Shown: positions 1-12,522 of the stretch, in pieces
Numbering within the stretch: position 1 is the first letter of the stretch
Layout: every line of letters begins with the position of its first letter
Assembly (NCBI GenBank): GCA_036172245.1
Contig: JAYWIR010000005.1
Span: forward strand, 2,108,001 to 2,172,000
Source: Raillietiella orientalis
Lineage: Eukaryota
DNA: 64,000 nt
Direction of reading: 5' to 3'
Position numbers and translations under genes: made by a program
Notes under the pieces: generated by a model
What the model saw: the letters and a program-made list of their open reading frames with translations, nothing else
Databases searched by the model: none
What the model was told of the DNA's origin: nothing

Positions 1-449
1 TCCGAAATTCAGAAGGGCGCTGCTTCCCTGAAGGGATCGGCTCGCTTCTTTGCACTCTCTGAAGAGGTGGCGACACACCTACTCCATGGTACACTTTGAT
101 CTTAGCCAAAAGGCCGAGAAGCGATGTACGACACGGAGGGTCCTACCCTCCGAGGGGGAGGGAGATATCCTTCACACCACCTTTGAACCATGAAGGGAAC
201 CGCACTTTTTGATTCTGCTTCCTGGAAGGACCCGGAGGTCGAATCCCATCGCCCCGGCCACTCTTCAAGGGCATCCGGTTTTAACCACTACCAGTGCCGC
301 ACCCGAACGGATGTAGGCCAACCAGCGTTATCTTGCGGGAGGAAGTCAAACCCGAGACACACCCGGCATCTCTCGGCTTCAATTTTTTCCAAGTATTCGA
401 ACCCACGACGCCTGGTGGTACCACTCGCGGAGACCGTGACCACATGGCC
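1..449 (-). mobile_element. SINE-like repeat with tRNA-like head, copy E (cut off by window start)
   Basis: Minus strand reads GGCCATGTGGTCACGGTCTCCGCGAGTGGTACC...GTCGTGGGTTCGAA (B-box-like, 396-404), then ...CGCTGGTTGGCC...TCCTTCCAGGAA. It aligns by eye with the copies at 789, 2395-3085, 6990-7607 and 50365-50940. Confidence 0.7.
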
Positions 450-788
450 TCAGACGCCGCCTTCGGTCCTTGCTGGGATGCATTCCGGGACGCCACGATC
501 CCCCTGACTCAGTGCAGGATCGCCATCGGAGCAGTCTGTCCATGAGTGAAGCACCGCCGCGGCAACCCTTTTTTCTTCTCCAAACGGAACCCGGAAAAGA
601 TATGAATGACGGTGAGGGCGAAGCGAGGAAGCTCCCAGGCGTTTCTCAAACTGTTCGAAGAGAGCCACTGTCCAAGGAAGTACGGGAACGTTTCCTCTTC
701 CCCGTGCTAGGAGCTGTTTGCAACGATGAGCGCGTCCTCTCGGTCAGCAGTGTCGTGGCTGATTGCACGGGTCGGAGTCTGCGTTCGA

Positions 789-1035
789 GGCCGTGTGGCT
801 GCGGTCTCGGCGAGCGTGTCAACAGGGTTGCGGGTTCGAATCCCACCCAGGGAAGTGTCTCGAATTCTCCCTACAGGACAACGCTGGTTGGCCTGCAGAC
901 TTCAAATGCGGAACTGGTGGAAACCAGAAAGCGGATGCTCCCGTTGACCGGCCGGGATAGGAAGCTGAGCTTCTGGTGTTCTTTCAGGAATCAAGGTGCG
1001 CGGGTTTCTTTGGGAGTCCCTTTCGGCTGTGAAAA
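789..1035 (+). mobile_element. SINE-like repeat copy A (head and 5' body)
   Basis: GGCCGTGTGGCTGCGG head, clean Pol III B box GGTTCGAATCCC at 833-844, then the family motifs ACGCTGGTTGGCCTGCA and TTCAGGAATCAAGG. Confidence 0.75.
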
Positions 1036-1099
1036 TGGAGCCGCCCTTCTCCCTCGAGGTAGGATCCATGGTAAACCTCAGTGCAAGAAGAACAGACAA

Positions 1100-1580
1100 T
1101 GATGACTGCACGCCTGAGGGAGAACATGAAGTGTCGAGACCGCCGTACGAGTTAGGTGCGGGTAGCTCTGACCTTTTTCTCACCTGCTGATGGACTGCAC
1201 TGCTCCCCTTCGATGGCAGACAAGCGGTTGAGGAGGATCGTCGCGACACTCCCCCATCCGCGGGTAGCTGCCGTCTGCTGCAGGAATTCGCAGCCGCGCG
1301 TGGAAGGCAAGGCGGGGAATGATCCTCACCCAGTTCGCTCCCTGATGGAGAGAAAGGTGGGATGGTCCCACGTGGAACGAGCGAAGGAAGGATTCGTCCA
1401 CCGCTCCATCTAGATGAATAGGGCGCAACTGGTTGTCAGCAGTCCTCATAGACATTTGTCGACCTTTTCCCCTCCTTCTAGCCTTCACTCCTTCTAGCGT
1501 GATGGTCTGCTCCTCCACTTGGCTGACAAAGGCGACCTGAGGGTCCGTGGTGTACTCTTAGTTCTTCAGACCCACTCAAA
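1100..1580 (-). mobile_element. Degenerate Tx1/L1-clade LINE ORF1 remnant
   Basis: Minus-strand peptide ...DDPPQPLVCHRRGAVQSI resembles the YxGQPxxCxxCG zinc-knuckle region of L1/Tx1 ORF1. Highly decayed. Confidence 0.35.
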
Positions 1581-1682
1581 CCCTTCCGTTCCACGCTGTT
1601 TGATTATTATTTTTTTTTTAAAAAAAAAATAAGGCCAGTAGCAGCCTCATGAGAGATTGTTATTATTGGTCCAGTATGATTA

Positions 1683-2330
1683 TCACCCGGTCATTCTGGA
1701 ACATTTATTACATAACGTAATAAAAGTGCATTAATGTGGTAGAACCGTTGATTCTACCACGCGCAATGAACCTACCGAAGAGCGGTGCACAGACCAGCGA
1801 GGTCCGCGTCGGTTGCGTAGGGAAGGGAAAACCGAAACAGGAAAAATAAACAAACAAAACTAGTAAGAAGAATTGTCCACGAAGAGGGGAGGGCACCAAG
1901 GAAAGAATCACAGTACTCTGCTAGACGTCCTCTGTTCCCCGTTCACGATGCTCATAGCAAGTGCTCCAGGTGGAGCCATCTCGAGATAGTCCTCAGGAAA
2001 ATCCACACCTGGTGAATGGCGTCCTTGTTATTCCAGCCTCTGCTTCCCGCATTTCAGGCAGTCACGATTCCGCGGGGACACCAAGGAGCTGCGAGGGACG
2101 CGGCTGGCGGCATTGAGCACCAAGAGGCGTCTGAAAATGAGGCTGCCCACCAGGATGCGTCGCGAGGCGATCCCAAAGGGGTTGGAGAGAAGGGCTGTCG
2201 AACAGCCGGCGCAGGAAGGTCTCCTTCTTCCCTCACCTGAACCACTCTGAACATCCACTCTCTTCTCCGTGTCCACCAGTGAAGGCGCGCTTTGCATGGG
2301 ATTCTCCCATGCACCAACAGCAACGCCAAC
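1683..2330 (-). mobile_element. 5'-truncated Tx1/L1-like LINE 3' end
   Basis: Decayed ORF2 C-terminal Zn-binding region (QVREEGDLP, also found at 3872-4237), T-rich 3'UTR, AATAAA and the family terminal motif CCAGAATGACCGGGTGA. Confidence 0.6.
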
Positions 2331-2394
2331 TCCCGCCACTCGAGAGGGAGGGCTCCACTGCTCCAGCACGCTGAGGCCACTCCACTTTCTCCGG

Positions 2395-3085
2395 AGTAGG
2401 GGGAGAAAGCTCATGAATCTTCCTGACACCGTCCACACCACCCGAGTGTGCGTGTCACCCTTCAAGTTATAGGGGGTGCTACGGAGGAACCATCCTATGA
2501 ATCCAGGAAGGCCCTTGAGGAAGGAGTCCGTTCCTTTCATGCTTGGCAGGGAACTCTCTTCCTTAATCTCTCCAGAGGGACTTCTCGTTTCTTCTTCGGA
2601 AGGAACTTGGAAAGGATCCACTCCTGAAATTTCTTCTCCGGAGGGAACCTCCACTAGGAAACCGCTCCTGGATTCTTTCTCCTCTGAAGAGACCCCGAAC
2701 GGATGCTTCCGAATTTCACTGAAGAGCGCTCCCTGGAGGGATCGGAGCACTTCTGACACTCTGGAGAGGAAAGCCCTCGAGGGAAGTATAAACCAGCTCC
2801 ATGGTACGCGATCGAGGATCCCGCCACTCCTAAGGGAAGGGACGACTTCGTTTTCACAACCGGAGGGAAACTCCAGAGGGAGCCTGCGTTCCTTGATTCC
2901 TGGAAGGACTGCGGAGGGTCGACTTTTAATCCCGGCCAGTCGATGGGGACATTCGGGGGTTCCCGGCTTCCACCGAAAGCCTGCAGACCAACCAGCGCTG
3001 TCTACTAGGGAGCGCTTCCCCGGATGAGATTCGAGCCCGCGATGCCCGGTTCAGCGCGCGGAGCGACCGTAGCCACGCGGCCGCC
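2395..3085 (-). mobile_element. SINE-like repeat copy B (near full length, ~0.7 kb)
   Basis: Head GGCCGCGTGGCTACGG...GGGCTCGAATCTC, body with CTCYGGAGA subrepeats, and tail motif AACTTGAAGGGTGACACGCACACTCGGGTGG shared with the copies at 11720, 50365 and 55870. Confidence 0.75.
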
Positions 3086-3289
3086 AACGCAGGCTGTTTG
3101 GTCGTTGCGTGTACTCCGTTGGATAAACGCTCTGGAGTGACCTTCCGAAAAAGAGAAAAATAAAGTTTTACGCAGCCATGGAAGGACCGACATCTGAAGA
3201 CCAGAAGTCGAAGGGGCTAGCTGGTAATAGAACGAGAAACCAATAAAGGCTTAAATAAAGGAGGAACGATATGGTCCGGGTCTGCGATG

Positions 3290-3720
3290 CTGAACGTGAT
3301 GATTCTTTTGGGTCTGAGGGGTCGAGTAGGGAAGAGATAGGACCTGCCCAGTGATAGAGATAGGGCTCGCCCAGCGGTGCTGAGTGAACTTCTCCGCTAT
3401 CATGCGGGGTTTCCCTTGAACTTCATACCCCAAGCTGCTGTACTCGCCCGCCACATGTAGGTGCTCGGCGATCGCCGCCGCTCGTATGCGGCAGAGAATC
3501 GCCGGCAAGGAGACAACCAGGCAAGACTGGAGAAGCGGGCACTTCCTGGAACGGGTTCTGCCGGACAGGTTTCGGTAAGCAGAGTGTACGCTTCAGGGAT
3601 GAGGCTCTCCCATACCTGAGACGAGCCGATAGGCAGAGACTTTCCGTAACTTGGCTCCGTGCGGCCAGCTACCTGGGTGCTTCGCGACTGGTGGAAGCAG
3701 CCCCGTTTGTGGTCCACTTC
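3290..3720 (-). mobile_element. Possible degenerate LINE ORF1 remnant
   Basis: Minus-strand fragments ending ...ITGQVLSLPYSTPQT resemble the ORF1 region just before the zinc knuckle. Weak. Confidence 0.3.
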
Positions 3721-3809
3721 CTCTTTTTCGAGTGTTGTTTTGTTTGCCTGCAGCATGCCGAGGCCTCCGAACATCTCTTTGAGCTACCACTTCAACGTAA
3801 ACGAAATGC

Positions 3810-4870
3810 AGTTGTTTTTTTTTCTCATCCATTCAGGATGCTTTATTTACCTTTTAAAAAGAAAAAACATTTCAACCTCTTCCTCTCTCGTTCCAGGTTG
3901 CCAAGGTCCTGCGAAGACAGCAGGCAACTGCGAGAGACGCGGCTGGCAGCAGAGCGATACCGCGCACGAAGAGACAACTGAAAATGTCCCTGGACCACCC
4001 GACAGGATACCTAAGATCGTCAAGGCGATCCCAAAGGGACCGGAGGGCAGTGCAGTCCAACAGTCGGTGTGGGAGGTCTCCTTCTTCCCGCACCTGTCCC
4101 ACTATGAGCATCCACTGCTCTCCCGTGTCCAGTGGTGAACGTGCGATTTGCTTCTCGGTACTGACCAAAGAGGAAGGGTCTCTCCCGATGAAACCTGAAG
4201 TGAATGAGTAGATTTTGACTCTGGATGGTTGCTCCAATTCTCAGCCTTCTTGTCAAATTGTGATTACGCTACTGGAGTAGCGTGGTGAGGGAGTCTGGGA
4301 GGATGAGTGATGATGAAGCAAGAGTTACCGAAGCATGCAGAGAAGATGGAGAAAAAAATCAAAGAGAGGTCATTTTACCTGTGTGGCAGAACTCTAATGC
4401 CGCAGAGGAGACGACTTCGGAGAACTTCAGTTTTTTTTTCGAGAAGAAGAGGTTGGGAGGGGGAGGCTGGAAATCACCAAGAAACAATCCCCAGCTTTAA
4501 GCAGGGTGACTCGATTGGGAATGGCCGTTCTGGATTCCTGGCTCTGCGCATCCGCAAATCCATTGACCTCGTGCCCATTACAGATGACGGTGGAGTTGCC
4601 AAGCACCTAACCAGAGTGGGTTGCATGTTCCAGGCACCCTGTTTTTGGAGCAAATCACGCTCTGTCACGAGGAAAATGAACCTCGTCCCTGGAATAGAGG
4701 GACCTCCAATTGCACTTAGCATCTGCACGGAGCCAAAGCCGTGGAATTCAGGTGGTAGATCTTCATCTCTCCTGTTACCGGTCATAGCGGTTGTAACACT
4801 CCCCTCTACGATTGCAACGTGTCTGCATGACGAAGAGGTGCACCAAGCTGAACACAGACTGTCCATCTTG
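3810..4870 (-). mobile_element. Degenerate Tx1/L1-like LINE: APE endonuclease remnant joined to ORF2 C-terminal zinc region and 3' tail
   Basis: 4870-4280 resembles APE (LSAIGGPS...RFIFL; VMG; ...LPDS for SDH). 4240-3870 resembles zf-RVT (PSRVKI...PHRLLDCTALRSLW). AATAAA, a short hairpin and an A-run follow at ~3850-3815. Confidence 0.5.
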
Positions 4871-4929
4871 CGCAGGTAGGGAATGAAAGCGACAAAAAAA
4901 AAAATGGGTCACAAGAAAAAGGAAACCGC

Positions 4930-5557
4930 GTTTCCAGATCCCTCATCCAAAATCACCACAACGATTGGCACTAACATACAAGGCCGCGAGGGTTCACCTC
5001 CAATGCACAAATCACCGTTCTTCAATCACCTCGGCACGTTTCTCCCGTCTCCCTGGATACGACACGCAGCGAGATAACGGATGGATCCTTCACAGCTGCT
5101 CTGCGTCCACCCCCCGCAAGCAGAATCACGCGTGAGCCGTTAACCTCATCGTTTGGAACCACCTCCCTGCTAGGAAACGGTGCCCGAACACACGGCTGTG
5201 ATCACTCAGCTGATCTCACGGAAGGAGCCGATTTCTTCGATCCTCTCCAGCCTCAACGGATATGTGTTGAGAGTAACACTGCGGCTGGATACGCTGCAAA
5301 TCCGAGCCGCCCCTCACGCCCTGCAAAGGATGCAGAGGACGCCCTCCAGCATCCTGTGATCCCTTCCCGAACCCTCCTAATGTTTTGTGCATTTTTTTTT
5401 TTTTTTCCGCTCCCCCTCTGCCGCCGAGGCGAACCTCGCCGGCCTGCATGCTCGGCAGGTTCTTTTTCGTGTATTTGTAACGTGGCAGGACCAGGCGCCT
5501 TGCAACTGACCTGTATGTTTCTTTTTTATATAAATAAACACCCCGGCGCAGCCGTGT
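4930..5557 (+). mobile_element. 5'-truncated Tx1/L1-like LINE 3' end
   Basis: GGATGCAGAGGACGCCCTCCAG...GTGATCCCTTCCC and GCCGAGGCGAACCTCGCCGGCCTGC are nearly identical to the minus-strand copy at 6143-6950. Ends AATAAACACCCCGGCGCAGCCG. Confidence 0.7.
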
Positions 5558-6142
5558 GTCAACTCACTCACCTCGATTCCTCCGCGAACTCCCCTTCGCT
5601 TCCATGTCTTGTTCGCGGGGAAAGAGCTGGCAGAATCCCTCGTCCTGCACCGTCGATCCTCCTCATCAAAATCAAAGGCCTAGGACCGGATTTGCTTTAT
5701 CCACAACTTTCCCGCATGAATTGATCAACGGAGGAAGGACGGTCCTTACAGTTCCTGCTATCTGGTCATCTTATCGGAAAGGGCGGCAGCCACGTGCACT
5801 GCTCGGCCTGGGCGACCATGCAGACCGTGGGGTTCAGTGAATATCCCGGATTTGATGCCTTCCGACGCTTCCCTGAGCACCTCTTTGTTCTTCTCAGCCA
5901 TAGACCCCCAGAGACAAATTACTAATGCCCGCACGGAAGAGCGCTCACCTGGCGACGAAACAGCTTCCGGCGCCAGTCGTCTTTTCTCTGTTGTTTTCAC
6001 CGCTTTGCTTTCAGCTTCTCCTTTTTCGCTCGTCAAAGTGCTGAAGAACTACTCACCTTCTCAGGGAGGCGGAGGCCACCAAGCTCTTTGACATTGTCCA
6101 CTCCCCCCAAGGGTAGTGTCAACTCTTCAAAGGTTTGGTTCA

Positions 6143-6950
6143 TCACCCGGTCACACCGGGACGTTTATTATAAAAATAATGAACATATATGTATAGACCC
6201 ATCGGTCCTACATTGCCCGAAAAGTGTTCGGAATCTTCCGAGTAACCGGCAGGCAGGCCGGCGAGGTTCGCCTCGGCAGTAGAGGGAGAAAAGGCAAACA
6301 AAAATAAAAGCAAAACAAAACAAAAAAACTGGGAGGGCTAGGGAAGGGATCACTGTCCTCTGGAGGGCGTCCTCTGCATCCTTTCCAGGATGCCGACAAG
6401 TTCCATCCGAGTGTGCCCCCAGGCGGGGTCATCTTGCTGCCGTCCGCAGGAAGCACAGGGCGAAGGGCAGATGGCGTTCCTATCGCGCCGTCCTCCTCTT
6501 GCGTAGCCTCGGGCCTCCACAATCCCGCGTAGGCAGCATCAAAGAGCTGCTGGGGATGCGGCAGGAGAAAGGGCGCCGCGCATGAAGAGGCTCTTTGTCA
6601 CGTCCCTGGGATTGTCCGTCGATGCACCAACGACCGTTGAGTAACGCAACCACAGAGGCCAGAGGGCAACACACGAGCAGATGCGGAAGGGATTCCCTTT
6701 CCCTGCACCTGCAGCACTTGGATTCGCAGTCCCCCGGGTCCACTGAGGTCGGCAAGCGTTGCACAGAAGGCTCTAGTGCAACAGAAATGTCAACTTCTGC
6801 CACTTCAGGACGAGGACCCGGTTGTCCTCCAGCCCTGGGAGTCACTTAAGGTCATGCTGTAGATTCCCAGCAGCTCACCCCAGAGCAATAGTCCTTTCGA
6901 TGGGGAACTTAAAGTCGCAGCGTCCGTGAGCCGGTCCGTGGTCCAACCGC
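6143..6950 (-). mobile_element. 5'-truncated Tx1/L1-like LINE 3' end
   Basis: CCRCRERESLPHLLVCCP (CxxC...HxxxxC zinc motif of the L1-clade ORF2 C-terminus), shared 3'UTR, AATAAA plus the perfect hairpin CCCGGT-GTG-ACCGGG. Confidence 0.75.
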
Positions 6951-6989
6951 CTAATTCCTTCGCTCTTCCACTAATCTCACATCGGACCT

Positions 6990-7607
6990 CCCATTTGAAA
7001 GGTTAGGGGTCAACCCTGGGAGGACCACCCTATGGAATCCAGGAAGGCTCCGGAGGAAGGGAGTCCGTTCCTCTTACGCTTGGGAGGGAACTCCCTCCCT
7101 GGTTGTCTCCGAAAGAAAACCCGAAGGGAATCTCTTCCTTATGCTTTCCGGAGAGTTTTTTCAGAGAAGTCACTCCTCATTTCTTCTCCGAAGGACACTT
7201 GCATGGGGACGCTCCTCTGAAGAAAATTACGGAGCGATATTTTCCAATGTCTCTGGAGGGCGCTCCCTGAAGGGAGCAGCGCTCTTTTTCACTCTGAAGA
7301 AACAACTCCTCCAGAGGGGTATCAACCAACTCTATGGTACGTCTCGTTTTCCACAACCGGAGGGGAACTCCGAAGGGAACTGGGCTCCTTGATTCCTGGA
7401 AGGACCCCGGAGGGTCAACTTCCAATCCCGATCAGTCAGCAAGGGTATCCGGTGTCCACCAGTACCACACTCGAAGAGTGCAGGCCAACCAGTGTCGTCC
7501 TGCGGAAGTGACTCGAAGCCCACGACGTCATTCCTAGGCATCGATCCTTCCCCGGATGGAATTCGATCCCTCTTGGTGCCTCTCTCGGACACCGCAGCCA
7601 CACAGCC
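6990..7607 (-). mobile_element. SINE-like repeat copy C
   Basis: Head GGCTGTGTGGCTGCGG, second B-box-like GGGCTTCGAGTC, and body GGGATTGGAAGTTGACCCTCCGGGGTCCTTCCAGGAATC identical to copy D (50365-50940). Confidence 0.75.
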
Positions 7608-9569
7608 TCTAACGCGGGCCGCATAGCTACAGCCTCTGCTACGCTGTCTCGACCACCGTCGCTGAGTGCCTACCAGGGAAGATTGCATGCGGTATGATAA
7701 TCGCTGAACTCTCGTTCCGGAGAGCAGGACCAGGAAGAAGTCTCAAGTCGAAGCCCTGGTATTGATTGGTTGGGCACCACTGGTTTACATTTTCCTGAAC
7801 CGCCTCTTTTACTACCTTAGCTAGATGACCGCTCCTCTTGGTGGCGAGAACATGATTTTTTATCATGCAGCGAAAACGCGCGTCAGCTACTCCCAGATCG
7901 CGGAGTCATTGAGTCCCTTGTCGTGAAGCATATTAAAGCCGGTGGACGTTCCGATCTCTTGGAGTGGCCGCCCGATGAGGAACTTCAGGGGTTCTTGGCT
8001 CCTATTCCACCACAGAGAATCCAATGATAATGGACTGATGGCCATCTTGGGAAGGTTTTGTCACGGGCAGTAAGCTGTGCCAGCCACGGGCATGAAGGGC
8101 AAGCAGGAGAGCTCCATGTGGTCACCAATGCACAGCAAGCGGCTCGGCCCTGAATGCTGCCCAACTCAGGGAGTGACTTCTCCTGCTCGGGAGAACGCTT
8201 ACGCCGGGAAGTCAAATTCTTCCTCCTGTGTTAATCAGAAGTGAACTCCTCTCCGATAAGCTCCAACTTCCTCCTCTCCTTCGCTCTCCACAAGCGTCCA
8301 TCCAACGCAGGTTCGCGTTGGAGTCGCTCTCGTTGCTTGTCGGTCGGCTCACTTTTTCGGGTGTAATGTCAGACATGGACCATCCAGTTGCATGTCTAAA
8401 GGATGCTTCTTGCAGAGAGATCCTGTAGAAACGATTATCACACGGTCTCTGTCTTGTCCAGTCCACTGCAACGTTTTCCTTCAGTGCTGAGACTGGGGTT
8501 CCCAAGGAATCTAGAACTCAGTTTCACAAAGACACGAGAGTGGGTGCCACAGTTATGAAGGGTGTGTGCATGGAGGATCATCCATCTTCGACTCTCTACA
8601 CTCATCGTTTGCTCCCAGATGCACGCCATATTTAGGGGAAGAAGGGATAAAAACGATTCCTCCATGAAGTAACAGGGGAAAGAGTACAAGGCAGGAGCGT
8701 TTTGCTCGTTTCTTCTCGTTCGAAATTTTCCCCTCGATTGGAGGAGGTTTTTAATTCTGCGCGGAGCGGACGTGGAATCTGCGCCATGGAGGTCACAAAC
8801 TCTCGGAGAGATGTTTGTCTTTTTTACTCCTCGCTTTGTTTTGTTTTTTATTTTTCCGAAGTGGAGCAGCCCATGGTGCACTGCACCCGATTGATGTGCA
8901 TGAACACGCCTCGCGATCACCTCTAAGATTCGCTAAGCCAGAGATGAACATCGCATGGTACACACAGCATCTCGCACACCCTACAATGCAAAAGAACTTC
9001 CAAGTATAAAGTTTCCAGAGAGGCTCGCGGGTTTGTGGAGGTCGTAAAAACATCCTATCAGACAAGCACACTGCTTTATGATGCTGAAAATCAAAGAAAA
9101 TGAAGGGCTGAATTCGGCTTTTGCAGATTGCATCAAATTTAATTTAGCATTCATCATGAAGGATTCGAAGGATGAAATTCGAGTGATGAAGACTTCCGTG
9201 GAGCCACTGCTGACGTGATTGAGACAGATGTAGGCAGATGATTAGCATTATTTTTCAAGAGAACTCGAACTGAGGGCAGATTCTGAAAGCAGCTCTCCTC
9301 GTTAAGTGGTAAGGTTTCCAGCTGGCAGCAATTGTGGCTAGGCGATCCTCTTAGACCACTTTCAAGCAATTGTGAGCAAAGTTGGCAGAGTCCACGTGGT
9401 ACTACTTGTACTGGCTTCTCCCTCCTCTGAAAGCGTGTTCATGAATCGTGGACACCTACAGGATCTCAAGCAGCACTCAATTAGCATCTCCTGAATGTCT
9501 TCAGATGACTGATGTGAGGGGAAACCCTACTGAATGAGGTGAGCAGGCGCACACAATAGCACACTCCGC

Positions 9570-10150
9570 ATGCACCTACTCAGATCGTGAACCGATGGAA
9601 ACATTCGGAGGGAAAATGCAAACCGAACAAGGCAAGAATCTTTCGTTCGTTGCATGTCCTCAGAGAAGGGAGGGAAATGCTGAAACACGGCTGCGTTCTT
9701 GCACTTTTTCCGTGCTCTGTCTTCAGCCTCTGTTCGTCCTCTGCCACAGTGACGTCCGATTTGCTGCCGCGCCACTCACCTCTCCTTAGCCACCGATTCT
9801 GGGTGATACACCCGAGAAGACATGGGAAGCAAAGACCTCGATGAACGACTGGAGAGCGAACACGAACAACCACGGATAAAAGTGGAGCGCAAGGCGTACC
9901 CAAACGAAAGTAACGATGAAGCACCACGAACGATCTCTGCGTTCGCAGGAACCGCTTTTTACGATAGCTCTGATAGTGCAAGAGGGTTCTTGAAATCCCA
10001 GAGCCATTCCAGGATCTCCGCAACCCAGTGCATGAGCGAGCGGGCTAGATGGCAAAGCTCGTGTCTCCCCAAATCAATAAGGCGCGGGCTGGGATCCCCG
10101 TTCACGGAACGGAGACTTCTGCGTTCAGTCACAGAAAGAGGCTTATGAAT
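9570..10150 (+). mobile_element. Degenerate Penelope-like element fragment (RT thumb/linker)
   Basis: MQTEQGKNLSFV resembles the PLE motif (F)TxExExxxxLxFLD. TAFYDSSDSARGFLKSQ resembles LPY...SxxIxxxLK. Confidence 0.4.
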
Positions 10151-10239
10151 TAATTAAACTTGAGTGAATGGAGATTAGAGCCTGGTAGAGGCAGGGGTCT
10201 TTAAAGCACTCGTTTCAGGATGCTTGGAGGAACAATCAC

Positions 10240-12520
10240 GGCTCGCCTCCGCTTCCACTGTCTCTCGCATTTGGGATGTCAGGTGGCAACGCAGATTCCT
10301 CCCTATCCTCCGAGGAGGTAGGAAGAGGTGAAGTCGTCCGTTTGCTGGGAGCGCCGAGCGTCCCCGAACTTCCGGAAGGATTGGGGCGCCACGCTAGCGT
10401 CCTTTGCCTTCCATCCGCTCGGCGAAAGTCGCACATTTGTCTCCGCTCCGAAGAGGCTCCAAGTTCGCACACGCATGCGCGCTCGCGTCGTGTGTTCTGC
10501 AGAGATGCTCCTGAGAAACGCTGAAAGAGGGATTTGGTCGCGGTACGACGAAAGCTGTGGCTTCAGGACTCCCCTAGCAACCTTTAGCAACTGTCCAGCC
10601 CTCTTCGTTCTCTTAGCTTTCCTCTTTCTCACTACCATCACATCACTGTAAGCAAAAAACATATTCAGGTCTTTCTTCTTGGAGTCGCATCTGCCATTGT
10701 CGTAGGAAACAGACCACCTGACCTGTACGGTTCCTGGAACTATCTTCTGTGGAGGGCAAATTCTAGGCACCCTGCTACAGACTGCCGCTTGATGGCAGCA
10801 GAAATCTCGGTGTGTCCCTTCGGGGCACCCTGCGATGGACTGCTAGCGACCTGATCGACCTGTCCTTTAGCGATCAAGCGCTCTCCTCAACATTCTTGCT
10901 CCCTAGCCTTGAGAAATCTGCTCCTCCTGCACTCATGGAAGCGGCAGGAGGCGATCTCTGGGCGAGCATTCTCGAAATTCCTGTGAGAGCATGTGACTTA
11001 CTTAGACCTCCTAGCGGACCATCTTTGCCCAGACATCCGCCGCTACGCAACGGAATTTCCAGCGGGAAATCTCCAGCAAACTCCTTGTTTCCATTCCTCC
11101 TGCACAGGACGCTTGTCCCTGGAGGAATTTCCTCGCAGACAGCCTGTGAAGCCGTCGCCATGTCTGCAGACCCTTGTATCTCCTCATAACGAGCGGAAGG
11201 CTCTTCCCATGAGGGCGACATCCTCCTCCAGGGTCTTTTTTCCCCTCTCGTTTATTGCAGCCCCCGTAAAAAGGAAATTTCCGCGCGCCATGGGAACGAG
11301 GACCGTCTGATAGAAAGCACAATCCTTCCGTGTCGATCGCTGCGATCGACGGAGAGTCCATGGAACGCAAGGATGTTGCGCCGCCGCAAGCTGGGATTTT
11401 GCACCAGCATCCGAAACTCCGAGAAGTAAATTTGAGATAGCGGTGGGGAGAGGATGCTAGATGCGATCTCGGCCTTGAGCCTTCCAGCAGGACGCTTGCA
11501 GGGCAGTTTCTTTTCCTTTCCTCCTCCTCCCATTTGCAACCTGCTCTCGCTGCCTAGGGATTCGGCTTCTGTGGTCGACGGATAGGATGGGACAAGTAGT
11601 CGCCTCCCACGCATTGCGCTTTTGGCGCGACTTTCCTCCTCCCTCGATTAGGACCTCTCCGTTCACACCGCTGCTGCAGGGAAGATGCAGGGCACTTGTC
11701 CCCTTGGATAGGCCCTCCATCTTGACACCGTGGAGATGGTGGATTGATGATCCTCTCCAGAGTGCATGACGCGTGCTGTTTCCTTCGGCGAGTTCCAGAG
11801 AAAATTCGGAAGCGTTCCTTCTGGTTCTTTTCAGAGGAGTAAACGAGAAGCGTTCCATTTCTGATTCCCTCTGGTGGAGAACTTTCAAAAGAGGATCCTT
11901 TCCGAGTTCCTTCGGGAAAGAAACAATAGAGCAGCTACCTCCTAGGGATCTGTCCGGAGAGAATAAGGAAGGAGGTCCCTTCGGGAGTGAGAGGAACGGA
12001 CTGCTTTCCTCCAGATCCCTTCCTGAATTCATGGTGTGGTTCTTTCCCGGGGTACTCCCATCTTGAAGAGGTGACACGCACTCTCGTGGCGTCGAACAGA
12101 GTTAGAGTTACGTGAATCGCCAAGAGCGCAACGTTTCTTGAGGTACCTGGGGAACCAGAACAAAAGAAAACCTGAACAAAAAGAAAAAAACTAGTAGTGA
12201 AATAGAGGAGACGGAGAAAAGCCCAAAAGGGTTTCCATCATGAGAGACCAATAGCTACTGGGCAAAATAGGAGGTCATCTGCGGCATTGAGAAAAACGAA
12301 AACCTTTTGGCAGATGTCTTCACGCCAACTGGCCGATGCTGCAACTCCGAATGTCCCGACCAGAAGACTGCTCCGCCTGGTAGAGCTCCTGGAGATTTTT
12401 CTGCAAGATCTGGAGCCGACTGCGGTCATAGCGTAGAGTTCCATCTTCTTTCTCAAAGTGCAGGATCTGACGCCCCTCGCGTTCCACCTGGGTCTCCCGT
12501 GCAACGTTCTCTGCCATTAG
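10240..12520 (+). mobile_element. Degenerate Tx1/L1-like LINE ORF2 remnant (APE, linker, part of RT), interrupted by SINE copy H
   Basis: APE-like motifs in the expected order across frames: VV.LQE (~10490), GVA (~10681), DLIDL (~10848), (S/A)DHL (~11013). An LG.P-like RT end lies near 12485. Confidence 0.45.
11720..12120 (+). mobile_element. SINE-like repeat copy H (body and tail, no head)
   Basis: TCCTCTCCAGAGTG...AAATTCGGAAGC...CTTGAAGAGGTGACACGCACTCTCG matches the body and tail of copy B. Confidence 0.65.
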
Positions 12521-12522
12521 TT

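Noticed and set aside
789..860. Functional tRNA gene
   Set aside because: A B box is present, but I cannot fold a full cloverleaf. The sequence continues into a multi-copy repeat body, so it is better explained as a SINE head.
2028..2759. 243-aa ORF as a protein-coding gene
   Set aside because: It runs across a SINE body and a LINE tail, and the frame is not preserved in other copies.
11252..11614. Minus-strand SSILSPPLSQIYF as an RT motif
   Set aside because: Isolated motif; the surrounding evidence supports a plus-strand LINE linker instead.
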